Shown here: one piece after another, positions 26,421 to 38,400 of the stretch
Layout: each line of letters opens with the position of its first letter
How positions within the stretch are numbered: the stretch's first letter is position 1
Origin: Klebsormidium nitens
Taxonomy: Eukaryota > Plantae > Klebsormidiophyceae
Direction: 5' to 3'
Length of the DNA stretch: 64,000 nucleotides
Assembly: GCA_000708835.1 (NCBI GenBank)
Contig: DF237067.1
Coordinates: forward strand, 126,110 to 190,109
Position numbers and translations under genes: made by a program
The notes under the pieces: model-generated
What the model saw: only the letters and a program-made list of their open reading frames with translations
Databases searched by the model: none
What the model was told of the DNA's origin: nothing

Positions 26421-27590
26421 ACTTGAAAGTGTTCAACCAGGCACGTGCCGGTCAATGTTGAGACTCTGCAGAACGGAGGGGACTTCAGCGTTTGCTCGAG
26501 GTCAATGTAGGCTAAGTCCTATTGACCTGGTTGAAGCGTTCGATTTTTCCAGAGCCGATGACAAATCTAGGTGAATGTACCAATCAGCATGAAATCTGAT
26601 TCGCAAGTCTGTGGCTAGCTTCCATGCTGCAATATGCAACATTTCGTTGGCGAAGCAGATGCCAACTTCATTGAGACCATAGGAAAACAATCAACGGAAG
26701 AATCTGTGCATTGTACTCTCTTTTCTCACTCTTTGTCAAGCCGTGCAGTCCTTGGATCTATGCGGCCAGATATCAGACTCCAAAACGCTCTGTGACGGGA
26801 GGGCCTGCTAAATAAAAGCTGCAGCAGTCTCCTGAAAGAGGGGTGCAGCCTGAGCACAGCGTACCGCTCTAACGCGAACTTGTATCAGTGTGACAACGCT
26901 TTCCTACATTCACAAGTGGTCTCGAGGATTCGGGTTAATGATGAACCTGAAAGTTGTCAACTGTTTGAATCTGACACAGCCAGATCAATCAGGACAACGC
27001 TGTTGTGAGTGTTTGCAAGCGATTTATAGCTGAGCTGATTTACAAGGAGAACGGCGCGTACCCTCTCTTCAGCTTGTGACTATTTCTGATGATCAGCACG
27101 TACACAATTGCTTGGAAACAGGAAGTACACATGCCAATACACGCATGCGGCTAGCTGCTAGCCTGAACTTGACGGATCTATGACACGGATGGAAGGTCAG
27201 GCTATCTCCGTCAAAAAGTGAGAGCCTCAATAGCCCTGACAACGTGCAATTCTGGCCCGCCGGACCTTGTCTGAAAGCAGTAGCAACGATGGTAAGTTCG
27301 TTGTAAGCGCACGTAAAAGCTAAGCCTTACTTTGGGCAAGAGGACACGAGCAGGCTAAGCTGTAATGCGTCCAGCTTCAAGCGAAGTAAGTCTCGTCGGC
27401 CCTGATTTGGTTGATCAGTTGTTGAAGATTCGATGGCTTTCCTTCCCGTGACATAGCATGATCCAAGCAGGATCCAAGCGCGCAATCATGATAACTTGTC
27501 CCAGAGCAGGATCCTCAGCCCTGAATCATCAGCTTCGTTCCTAGTTTACAAAGTGCATGCAGCCGTCAAGCCGTCAAGAATGTCTGCTTG

Positions 27591-27932
27591 ATGGCATGTT
27601 CAAACATCAGAGAAGTAGAGGGACGACAAGATCTGACAGGCACGACTTTTACATGGAAGTGCTCTCATGAGGAACGAGAAAAGATTTTGACATGGTTCAA
27701 CGACACTCCGCCGGCATCGCTGAGAGTTGCGACCAACATTAGATCCAGAATGCAAACGGGATCCACGTGTCATTTCCTGCCATTGCGCAGGCACTTTCAG
27801 TCCGACCAGTACTTGTTAGGCGTTCATGTCAGCGTGTACATGACTGGCAGGAATTTAATCTTGCCGGAGCTCGACGTCAAGCTCCGTGCAAAAAGGTTGC
27901 GCTGCCGCCCGCCATACTGCATGCTAATTTGA
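27591..27932 (+). other. Orphan ORF (~113 aa), possibly the last exon of an unresolved + strand gene
   Basis: Open frame MACSNIREVEGRQDLTGTTFTWKCSHEEREKILTWFND... Consensus + strand donors lie upstream (gtgagt near 27005, gtaagt near 27292 and 27386). I could not assemble a convincing spliced model. Confidence 0.2.
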
Positions 27933-28569
27933 TATGAAAGGAAGTCTTCCATGTAGGCTAACAAAAGTGATTGCAGCCTAAAATGCACCTAGGCCGCCAC
28001 TTCCATGACATCGCAGAATTAGCACCATGCATCATCATGTGCATGTACAATGCAAGCAGTACGTGAAAGGCAATGCAAGAACAGGTAAAGCTTCACTAGC
28101 TTTTATAGCATACTGCAGTGGCGGCATGTAAGATTTGATGCGCATATATTGGCAGCAACTGGCCGCCGCGTTGCACACGTAAGGTAGCGCAGCCAGGTAG
28201 GGCAGCAGCCATCAGGAACGAGGGATTCAAATGCTTCATGATATATTCGCAGCTTGTCAAGGATCATGCATGAGATGTATCCAAGCATTAATGCTACAAT
28301 GACCCTGTTATGGAGCAAATTATGAGCAGGTCCCCTTAAAGCCACACTACTAATGATTTTCCGAACCCAACAAATCTGGTCTCGTATCATTGTGCCAATC
28401 ATGTGCATGGCCACTCAGACAAACTTTTATGTAGGTCTGCACATGTTCGAAGTCCCTAGTTCAAAACTGCAATATGGAAGTTTGTGTATCCATCAGCAGC
28501 CTGATACGAATGTACACAAAATGAGCACGATAAGCCACCTAATCTTCCTGACAGCAAGTCAAGTCCAAC

Positions 28570-30159
28570 TCACGCAATACTTGGCGCCACATCATCGTCA
28601 ACCACCCCTACCAACTCGAGTGACAGGCCCCAGAGCTTCTTGGCTGCCTCCTCATCATACACGTGCTTTGCATAACCGGGAACCAAAGCCCCCCAAGTAT
28701 TTTCGGGCATTGGCTGACTTTCGCTGCAATCTTCAAGGTACTTCCCCCCTTTCCCCTCCCACTCCTTCCCCACTGCCGCCCAAACCGTTGTAGCCGCACC
28801 CTGTTCGGGATTTTTCATCTTCAACTGCACTTCTGGCGTCAGCATCGACTTGAACATAGCCGGGTCCATGTGACGGCCCAACTCTGTCATGATACCACCT
28901 GGGTGCACCGCTGTTGCGTGCAGCCCTTGTGAACCATAGCGCCTTTCAATCTCGGTCGCCAAGTAGATGTTGGCAGTCTTGGATTGACCGTATGCAATGA
29001 ACGGCTGGTAGCCAACCTTCTTCAAGTCGAGGTCGTCAAAGAGGATTGGAGAGCGGCGGTGCCCGGACGAGGAGAGAGAGACGACCCGGGAGTTGAAAGT
29101 TGGCGTTGATGAGGCCAGAAGGGTGGGCTTGAGGAGCAGGAAGAGCAGGAAGTGGCCCAGGTGGTTTGTGCCAAACTGGGTTTCGAACCCGTCCTTGGTC
29201 TGGCCTTCTGGAGTAGCCATGACTCCTGCAGGGTATGGACATCATGATCAGAAGCAAGAAAGGGCTCACTCACTTACAATTGTTTGCAGAGATATGGATA
29301 ACGCAGTGCCGTCTGCAGGTTGAGCTGTGTGATAGGCAGTCAGCAGTGACAAATGTACCAATTGCAGTGAAACTGGGACGCTAACTCTTGTTCTCTTTTC
29401 CTCCTGGAGTTGCTGATCTCAGGTGATTTGCCAAGGATGATGACCAATCAAAGGTTGGGCCATGCTTCATTTATAGGTTGACACAACTCTGAATCAATCA
29501 TTCCCTTCCTTTGACAGTCAAAAGCTGGCAGATCTATCTTTGATGGTACTCTGTAGCTTCAAGTTGCCCCCAACTCACCACCATTGAGGCGGTCGTTTCT
29601 GGTGTCTAGTGGTTTCTATGAGTTTAAACATGACAAACAACCTGGAAGGACGCAGGACATCTCTCAATGCCATCTTCTGATCAACCAGAAGAAAGGACCA
29701 ACCAGACAGACTTCTTGTGCTCAGCATCACATAATTGGACATTGGCAGCAGGCACAAGAAATTTTCGAATCTCTTACCAGCATTATTAATAAGCACATTG
29801 AGCTGCTTGCTCTTGCTCAGAAAGTCTGCTGCGCAGTCCCGCACCGACTGCAGCGAGTCCAACTCCAGCTTCAGCAGCTCAATCTTGCCCTTGCTGCCAC
29901 TCGTGTCTTGTGCCAGGATGTCTTGAACCACCTTCTCCCCCTTGGCCATGTCTCGAGCAGTCAGATACAAGTGCGCACCAGTGGCGTGCAGAGCACGCGC
30001 CGTCTCAACACCAATCCCAGCCGAGCCCCCGGTGATGAAGATGACCTTGTCCGTCAGTTTGCCAACCAGCCCCTCGTCGTTGATGATGTCCATGGCGGTG
30101 GGGCGGGCGTCACCAGGCCCATTGGGGTTGACGTGTGCAGCAGCATATTTGGACGACAT
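28570..30159 (-). CDS. Classical short-chain dehydrogenase/reductase (retinol dehydrogenase/WWOX-like), ~345 aa
   Basis: Two exons, 30159-29778 and 29225-28570. Motifs TGGSAGIG (TGxxxGxG), LINNAG|[33 protein letters not shown] (YxxxK), VHPGGIMT and EQGAATTVW. Confidence 0.93.
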
Positions 30160-30299
30160 GGTGTTGAATCCGGGGACTTGAGAAAGAAAAAACCTGGAGA
30201 TCGTGGATTGAAAGCCTGAGAGGGAACAATTGCACCTCACTTCAATTATGCCCTCAATTGCTTGGCGAATTAAGTGGTTCCTCCGGCGGGCCTTCCTCC

Positions 30300-31395
30300 G
30301 AGAGTGTTCTTCTTCTTGATGCCAATGGAAGAATGCAAGGATGGTGCGACAACCTGCATATGTATCCTAGAGAACTTGCGGCCACCCAGGAAGTTTACTT
30401 CTCATACTTCAGACCATCTTTTCGGCCAACGTTGCCCCGGGCCCGTAAGTACCTCTAGAAGGAGATGACGTCAGCTATACCAACGATGATGAGCCTAGAA
30501 CTCTAGTGACGTTGATCTGCGGGATCCCGCTCGATCATCCGGCGGCTGGAAACCTCGAAACCTCCGACGGGCCGTCCACATTCGCGGCCCCGGCCGCAGG
30601 CGCGGGCCCGCCGCCCCGCCCCGCGCCGGCCGCGGTCGATCAAAGTTTGCACACCAGGTGTTTCTCAAAAAGAGGCAGCTGTTTTCTTACGAGCCCAGGA
30701 GAACCCCTCCACGAGATTCTGCATGTTGAACAAGACCGCCTTCTCAAGATGAACGTCAAAAAGATGGAGGAGGTAGGGGGGAGGTAGTGGGCTCCCAGTG
30801 GGCTACCACTGCTCTATCACGGCAACACGCAAGGTTCTGCTAGATCAATACCTGGCAGAGTACTCTGACCCGTGCCTTCAACCGCCGTGCAGCATCCAAG
30901 GCTCCGCTGAAGAAGAGGACGAATTCCCAGATCCGGGGTGGTCCGGAGATCCTCTTTTGCGGTGGGTGTCTGCGGCCCTGGCAGATATGCATCAGGATCC
31001 CGAGACTTCACCCAACCGAGCTGCCCGCGCCTGGGCCCTCCAGCACCATCTAGCAGCTACGGGGATGTCTTTTGAAGACTTCCGAAAAGAGCCGATTCCG
31101 CGGACGGTCCTTGTGGCCGAAGCGATGGAGCTCTACAAGCCCCCACTGGACCTGTTTATCTACAGTGCCTGCAACGAGATCAAAGAAGCTTTGTTGATCG
31201 GAGGATCTAGGGATTGAAGTGCAGTATCTCCCCCATGACAGCGAGGATGAAATTGAAGATGAGCAGCCCGCTTCCCTAGTTCTCCCCCCCGTCCCGTCCC
31301 TACCGGCCCAGCCACCAGCCCCCGGTCCCCCCAGAAGGCCCTCCCCAGGCCACCCCACCATAGAACAACCTCGCGCAGATCTGGCCCGGAAATGA
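30300..31395 (+). pseudogene. Frameshifted, apparently intronless ORF remnant of unknown family (pseudogene or element-derived)
   Basis: Successive protein-like segments lie in different frames: ~30476-30787 (YTNDDEPRTLVTLICGIPLDHP...KMNVKKMEE), 30798-31199 (GYHCSITATRKVLLDQYL...CNEIKEALLI) and 31201-31395 (EDLGIEVQYLPHDSEDEIEDEQ...Pro-rich...stop). The last two are offset by a single G at 31200. Confidence 0.35.
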
Positions 31396-32449
31396 TGATC
31401 ATACCGGTAGTATCAATGTGCCAGGCCGGGCCGTGTGATGATATAATAATCGCAAGAAGCAGACCACGTTGTAAAAAGGCTAGGCTCTTATTCGGATAAG
31501 AGGTGGAGGCTTGAGGGCTAGGAACCTTACAAAGCGGTTTTTGCTGTCACAGCCCAAGCGCGCTCGTCATGTAGTAGCTTGCCAGTAGAAGGCCAAACGT
31601 TGAAGAAAGAAATAGTTATGACATCTCACACAATCATAGCTTGTAATCAGGCTTATGCCATCATAAGTCTGTGGCCTAGGTGGCTCCGGCGTGTAAAAGC
31701 TAGAGAACATTGCGCCCACCGCGGCGCTGGCCCTAGGGGCGCTGGGGATCATGTAGGCTGTATCAGTTGTGACCGGTTACCTTATCCTGCGTGCATGCAC
31801 GAGCCGGCCCGTGCACTGCCAGGCTAATCGCGCCCACTGCCACAGTGGGCCGGGGGGACGGCTTCGTGTCCTACAGTCATGGCAAGCGCAACACATGCCG
31901 ATCGTCATTTAAAGACGCCTCCATAGTCGCGCAGCCCGAGCATAAAAACTGCAACTGCGAGGCTCCTAATTCATGTGAACCGAACTACGTACGTTTGAGC
32001 ATGTTTACTTCTGGTGGTCCTAACGATCAAACTTGAAAGCATCCACCTCTCATCCTCGGACAAACGTGGTACATCGGATGCTGTACATTATGATAATTTC
32101 AACTCGGAACACATGAAGGCAATAAAAATAGTCTCGCAGCCAGTACTCATGTACGCCACCTCTGGCTGTGTAGCATTGCCACACTCTCTAGAGTTGCCAC
32201 AAACCTGCATAGATCTAGCTTTCCTAGCTTACCCTGTACATAAAACAGCTCAAACTTAAGGACGTACAACCTGTTCGTGACTCAAGATTGGCGCCGAGGT
32301 GAAGCAAAAGCTATCCGAAACAAGGTGCTTATCTATGACTATTTTATTGATCTCTGATCAGAATTCAGGACAATTTGAGCACATTATCGTGCACCGTTAC
32401 TTCGCGGGTTAGAGAACCACCCGCGAGCCCACGTTTGGAGAAGAGTTGA

Positions 32450-35400
32450 TCACTTCTTGACCACCCCCTCCAGCTCGTCTTCCATTTCCGCATAGATCTC
32501 CTGCAACTTTTCGATGGTTTCCGGGTCTGCGTTCCACAGCCCGCGGCCTGCGGCTTCCAGCATACGCCGCACCACGTTCTGGAACGCCTGAGGATTTGCT
32601 TTCCGCAGCATGGCTGCCATTTCGGCGTCCAATGCATACGTTTCCGCCGCCTGCAGAACGGAAGTCGAAGCGTCAGCAGCCTGTCGACTGGAATAGTACG
32701 TCGGCTTCACGCACGTCGGCATACAATACACCAGCATCAAGGTTGCACCATGTGACTGGGCCCTCGTGACTTAGCGAGTCGGCAAAAAGCACTGATGCAG
32801 ATAAACACGACATCCACGTCTTCAAACTCTTGCCTGCCTTCGCGAAAGTGCATCGCAAACTCTTATCAGTAGGTCCGACTTCCATCTCCGGTACAGCATT
32901 GATAAGAGTCCTGAACGATCCTGCTTGTAAGCAAGTCAAGCCGTAAAGAACCAGGAGCAGATTTCCAAGTTAATTGCCCCTCCCCCGTCGCCTCCTCACC
33001 TGGTCGTACACCCAGTCCTCCTTGAAGTCCGCGGTCCCCCCCCACCCGACCAGCGCGGTCATGCGTTGCGAGATCTCGAACGCGCCCCCCGACCCCTGCG
33101 CCGCCATTTTCTGCGCCCACTTGGGGTTCAGCAGCTTGGCCCGGTACTCCAGCCGCAGCGTCTGGTCCAAGCCACGCGCGGTCAGGTCCTTCCCGAAGCT
33201 CTCCACGATCGAACACTGCGTCTGCAGACATGAAGCGACTAAGACGTTTAGCAAAGGATGTTTGAGGATACCCCAGAGCGGTCAGACTGATTTGGTAGCT
33301 CCTCCCGCCATGAAGCGGCCGATATCTCCAGGAGACGCAAGAAAAGCAGAACGCCATGCACTGTTATCAGGTCGCGCTAAGTAAAAACCCAGTCAAGCGT
33401 CAAGCGTCCTATACTAAATCACAGCTGTCAGAACAGGCGAAAATGGGCACAGCAATGCGCTCATGCTCAATATTGCCGGCCACGCGATCTCTGAGCGACC
33501 TATACGAATTTCGCCCATCTGCGACTGTTGCCCAGCCCGGGAAAGATGAGGTATTTCCGCGGCCGCACCTTCTTGCCGTCGCGCAGCGTTTCGGCGGCGG
33601 CCTTCATGGCCCCCGTGTTGGCGTAGTACTCCTGGATGTCCGTCAGGCCGTACTCCACGCTGTCAATCTCCTGGACGATGCGGTCCGTGCTCGCGAGCAG
33701 CGCGCGCAGCACCTCCGGCCGCGCCACGCCCTGCTCGCCCCTGGAAGAGAATAGCGGGCGACCAGGTTTGCCAGCAGCGACAGAAGGGCTAAAGAAGCAA
33801 AACCGCGCGGACTAAGGCTACGTTCACAAACCTTGTTTGAGTGGGCGCTATGAGGCGGGCAAAAGAAGAATGCAGAGAGGCTGCTGATATTGCTGGCAGA
33901 TGCTTTTTCGACACGTTATGCACGGCCAGCTGTCCATACCATAGGCGGATCGAGAAGCACGCTTTGCGCGCGTCCTCACCTGCCGTAGCTGAAGGAGTTC
34001 CTGGACTGCCACGTGTCGCCCAGCTCCGCGCCGTCGTTCCAGTCGGAGGTGCCCACCCGCTCGTTGACCATGGATCCGTAGTCCCCCGCGGGGTTTGAGA
34101 AGATGCGCGCACTACTATTCTCGATGCCCTGGGACTGCGCGCATAAAAATAGAGAAAGCATGGGTGGGGTCAAGGGAGCAAATAAGTCGAGAAAACAGGG
34201 ACATGTTAAGCAGGGGCGTGGTTCGGCGGTTTCTCTGCGAGCTAAGACGTGTTTCTATTGGCAACGAGAAGAAGGAAACGGAGTCCGTGACCTGCGAAAC
34301 ACTCATTTCAAGGGGCGCTTGCAAAACTGTGGTGACATGATAGCTGACGGAACGTCCCTTTCGCATCTCTAAGAGAGACTGCTCTGCTTTGTTATGTTCC
34401 CTGATGATTTCCTCTTGCCTGAAGGCTAGCCTGCCGCTAGGTACAATAAAGTCCGATCCGACCCAACGAGATGCAGAAACATCCCTGTAATTACCCATCA
34501 GAACCTTTTGAGCACTTTTAGACCCACTTCAGAGTCATCATCCGCTGACGTCAGCCTGACGCGAGCAGCCCACCTGCAGCTCGAGTGCGTGTTTGCGCAC
34601 GTAGTTCATTTCCGGCGGCTCGTCCGCTTCCGCGGCCCGGCGGAACAGGTCGTCCAGCAGTTCCACCACGTTGGCAAAACTGTCGCGGAAGATGCCCGAC
34701 AGGTTGGCCAGCACGTCGATGCGCGGCCGCCCCAGCGAAGGGAGAGGGACAAGCATGAACCGCACGATCCGGCCCGTGCCCTGTGCCGAGTTTAGAATGC
34801 GTGTTAGACGGGTCTCGCAAAAGAATATCATTGGCTTCAAGGATTTGGGCTTTGGTTTTGAAGGTCTCAACTCTCAGGAGACGAAGGAGGCGTTAGTTAC
34901 GAGTGAAATAGGCAATCAAGCAGGCTACTAGCCTGTCCGACCAGAAGAAGACGACGTCGACGAAAGCGCGAGGAACCGACTGTTTCCGGGCAGGAAACAC
35001 CTTGCAGACCAAGCAGAAGCGACGTTACTCGAACAATTTCTCAGGGCCGCCCACGCCCTAGAATCGTGAAGTGAACAACCGCAAGTTCAGCGCACCTCTT
35101 TCACCGGCGTGGCCCCCACGAGCGCGAGCGCGATCGCGAGGCTCTCCCCGCGCGTCTTGATCGCGTCCAGCCCCCACAGCATGACGGCCACCGTCTCGGG
35201 ATACGCTCCTTCGTGCTCCGCCCGGTGCTGCTCCAAAATATTGGCGGCGACGGCGGATCCCCTTTCCCAGGCGGCCGCACTGGGCATTCGGTACGGGTCC
35301 AACGCGTGGATGTTGCGCCCGGTGGGAAGAACCCCGGGGCCGTCGCGTAAGAGGTCGCCGCCGACGGCAGGTAAAATGTACTCGCCTGGAAATAGCAGAA

Positions 35401-38400
35401 CGGAGAGGAATTGAGTTTGACACCCCCAGCGAATTCCTCCTAGGAATCTGGCTCTTCCGTACAAGAAAGTCGTGGGAGATCTGCAATAATGATTGAGTTA
35501 GAGAACTGCAATTACCGGCGTGTTGTAGGTCTCCGGCAGATATGACCGTCAATGACAAATTGCCGCAGAAGCAAAAGCCGTGTCTTCAAGTGCCCGGGTC
35601 ATCTATTGTAGTGTGCAAGACAGAAAGACGCTGAGCAAGTCAACGGCGGCACAGCCCCGTATCCATTGCTCTCAAACAACGTAGCCATTTCTGGACTTGA
35701 TCCGAAACGTATGCATCACTGAGCTATACGGACAGGTGGATTTAACTACTGGTCGACAGTCCTATTCAGCAAGTCGCAACGAACCAACAGCCGAGAAAAG
35801 GTGGTAGAAGTAACCTGAGTTCTTGGACGGCCGAGCTCACCGTTGAGCGCCTTGACGACGGAGTCCATTTCCTCGGTATTGCGCATCAGCAGGTCGCGCA
35901 CCTCCAGCGCCTCGCGCACTTTGGGCTCGTACTCCTCGCGCACCGCCGGCACGCCCTCTTCCCGGTACAGCTCTTCCAAACGCGCGCGCACCTGAGAGGA
36001 GTGGGAAAACGCGCGCAGCTTGAAGGACCACACGAATTCGGTTGAAGGCAGCCTCAGGGAGCGGAAAGACAAAATTAAGCGGCGAATGTCGATCTCGAGC
36101 AAGTAGTCAATCTACGCCGTCTCAAGTGGAACACACTACACCTTAACCAACAAGATGTCGTGCAAACAGAACCCTCTGTTTGTCGTCCTTGAAGAAAAGT
36201 CTTTCACTGTTTCCTTTTCTGGAAACATCCCCACCTCGGCTAAACCTCCCGGCGTGCTTGCAATGGCCTCGACCGCCCGCTCCGGAAGGTCGTCCCCCAG
36301 GTAAGCGGAAAGATACTGCTGCATCTGTGACGGGAGAAGGACAGGATCCATCTCAAATCTTCGCCTGCAGAGTCTGTGTGATGACTGGTGCTTGCTTCGA
36401 CGGGCATAAGACGGGCTTCAGAGCAACATGTGAGGGTTACGTGCAAATAGCGGCAGATGGGTATGCGGTCTTCAACAGTTTCGAAGAGGATGACTGAAAG
36501 AAGTCGTCTCCTTGGATCGTCAGTCGCGTCAGTTCTGTACCACATGCCAGAATTGAGGTAAGAAGCAGGGAAACTTTCCAAAAGTCCTCGGATGATTTAC
36601 CACCCCGGCTCAACTATCTCGCAGTTTGTCTTTTCAATCAACTTTGCCGTCTTGTGCAAAGCTCATGGCGGCAATTTTCGGGCTTTCAAGGTGTCCCCAG
36701 TACCGACCTATGATTCGGAAAGAAAGTTCCCCCTCACCTGATCTACAGTGGGTGGCTCCCCCAGCGTGTGCAGCCCCTCCGAGAAGAGCCGGTTCTCCAC
36801 CACCGACAGGTACTCGTACAGCCGGCTGACGTACGCATCGAACTCCGCGTCGCTGACGGTGCTGACGTCATCTTCCCCAAGCGTTACGGCCTCGCTGCCG
36901 GGCGTGGCCTCTCGGAAGGGGCAGTCCGAGTCGAGGCCGCTCGTGGAGAGGACGCCCACGATGGACCCGCGCAGCGACGCGTTGGCAACGGGATCCTCCC
37001 GGTACTCTTGCAGCTGCGCGCCGGAGCATGGGGGTTCGATCGAATGAAGTTGCGAAGACTCGAAATTTGGTAAACATATACGGTGACTTTCTTTGAGATC
37101 TTGTATGAGGGACACGGCCTGAGTGCCGACGAGATGCTTTGAGAGTCTTGAGGAAGTGACGGGTTTGCGGCGTGCGGCTGGAGTCATGCGCAGGCTCCCC
37201 TGGCCCGGATTGCTCCCAGAAATTGCTTCCAGCTAAGGGTTCGGATGCACTTTTACAACTGGTCGTGGGCGTCGTCTAAACTCGTTTGTCTGATTGCCCT
37301 GCGGCAACAATCTCTATTACTTATTATTCCTCGCGACCTGGATGCGCCTCGGAGCTTGGGCCAACAGAAGCACGCTTGATCTTGTTGGATCTACCTGCAA
37401 CCTCTTGCACTGCCAGTGTTGGTTTCTTTTTGTGCTCTGTTCGTGTCCCGTATAGTTCTGCACACGCAGTAGCTTCCTGAAAGCAAACTCTAACGTAACG
37501 TTACTTTCCGAGAACCTGAGGGTTCGGAAACAGTCCTCGAACAAGCGCTCCCTCACCAGCTCCCTGAGCGACGCCAGTTCTTTGTAGAGGCCGGCCCGGC
37601 CGTATGGCGGCACGTTGTACGACACAATGGTCCCGTAGCCGCGCCGCTTGGCCACGATCGACTCCGACGGGTTGTTGGCTGCGTATATGTACACGTTGGG
37701 CAGGGCGCCCAGTAGGACGTCCGACCACGAGGAGCCTGCGGACGGAGGGGAGGTTGTAAGCATGACGTCAGCAATTAGGGTTGGGTCAGATGACGTCAGC
37801 AATATGAACGGCAGCCAACTCCGTTGACTAGCGCCAAAAAGAGGTTCCAGCACACGGGTCCAAGACTCATTTAAAGGCCCTCCAGAATCACCAAAGTGGC
37901 AAAATCACGGGCTTTCCAAAGCCAAAGATCTGCTTGCAAGGCAAAAGGAATGTGCGGCGGAGCATGTGCGGGGTGCGCGCTTACCCGTGTTCCCCAGGGG
38001 CGACCCCGGCAGCCATTCGACGGTGCCGTGCATGCCGAAGTGGATAACAGCGTCAGCGGCCATGTCGTTCTGGAGCCACTTGTAGAAGGCCGCGTACTGC
38101 AAGCAACAACCGGGGAGCAGCACTGGAGTGAGAGGGCGAACTAGAGGGGGAAGTAGACCTGTCAGCTGTCCTCGGTTATAGCCCACCGTCTCCTGCCGGA
38201 GCGACTGCTCTAGTAGCATGCTCGTGACGAGCAGGTTCGGATACGGAAACCCTGGTGAGCTTTCGACTTTGGTACTTCTTCCGCACGTATTGGTGATGCA
38301 TCAACGAGCACCGGCCGATGCGTCAGTGTTGCGCACCATGTGACGTCTCCAAAAATCAGAACCTAGCACGGGTGGCTCACAATGCACAATCGTGATCAAC

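Noticed and set aside
32402-32426. 8-bp hairpin just downstream of the CHLH2 stop
   Set aside because: Too short to be significant, and bacterial-type terminators are not relevant to a nuclear gene.
37762-37803. Two TGACGTCA palindromes (as-1/CRE-like pair) in a CHLH2 intron
   Set aside because: On the coding strand they read GCTGACGTCAT just upstream of the acceptor. The same CTGAC(G) motif precedes many acceptors in this window, so branch-point sequence plus a local duplication explains them.
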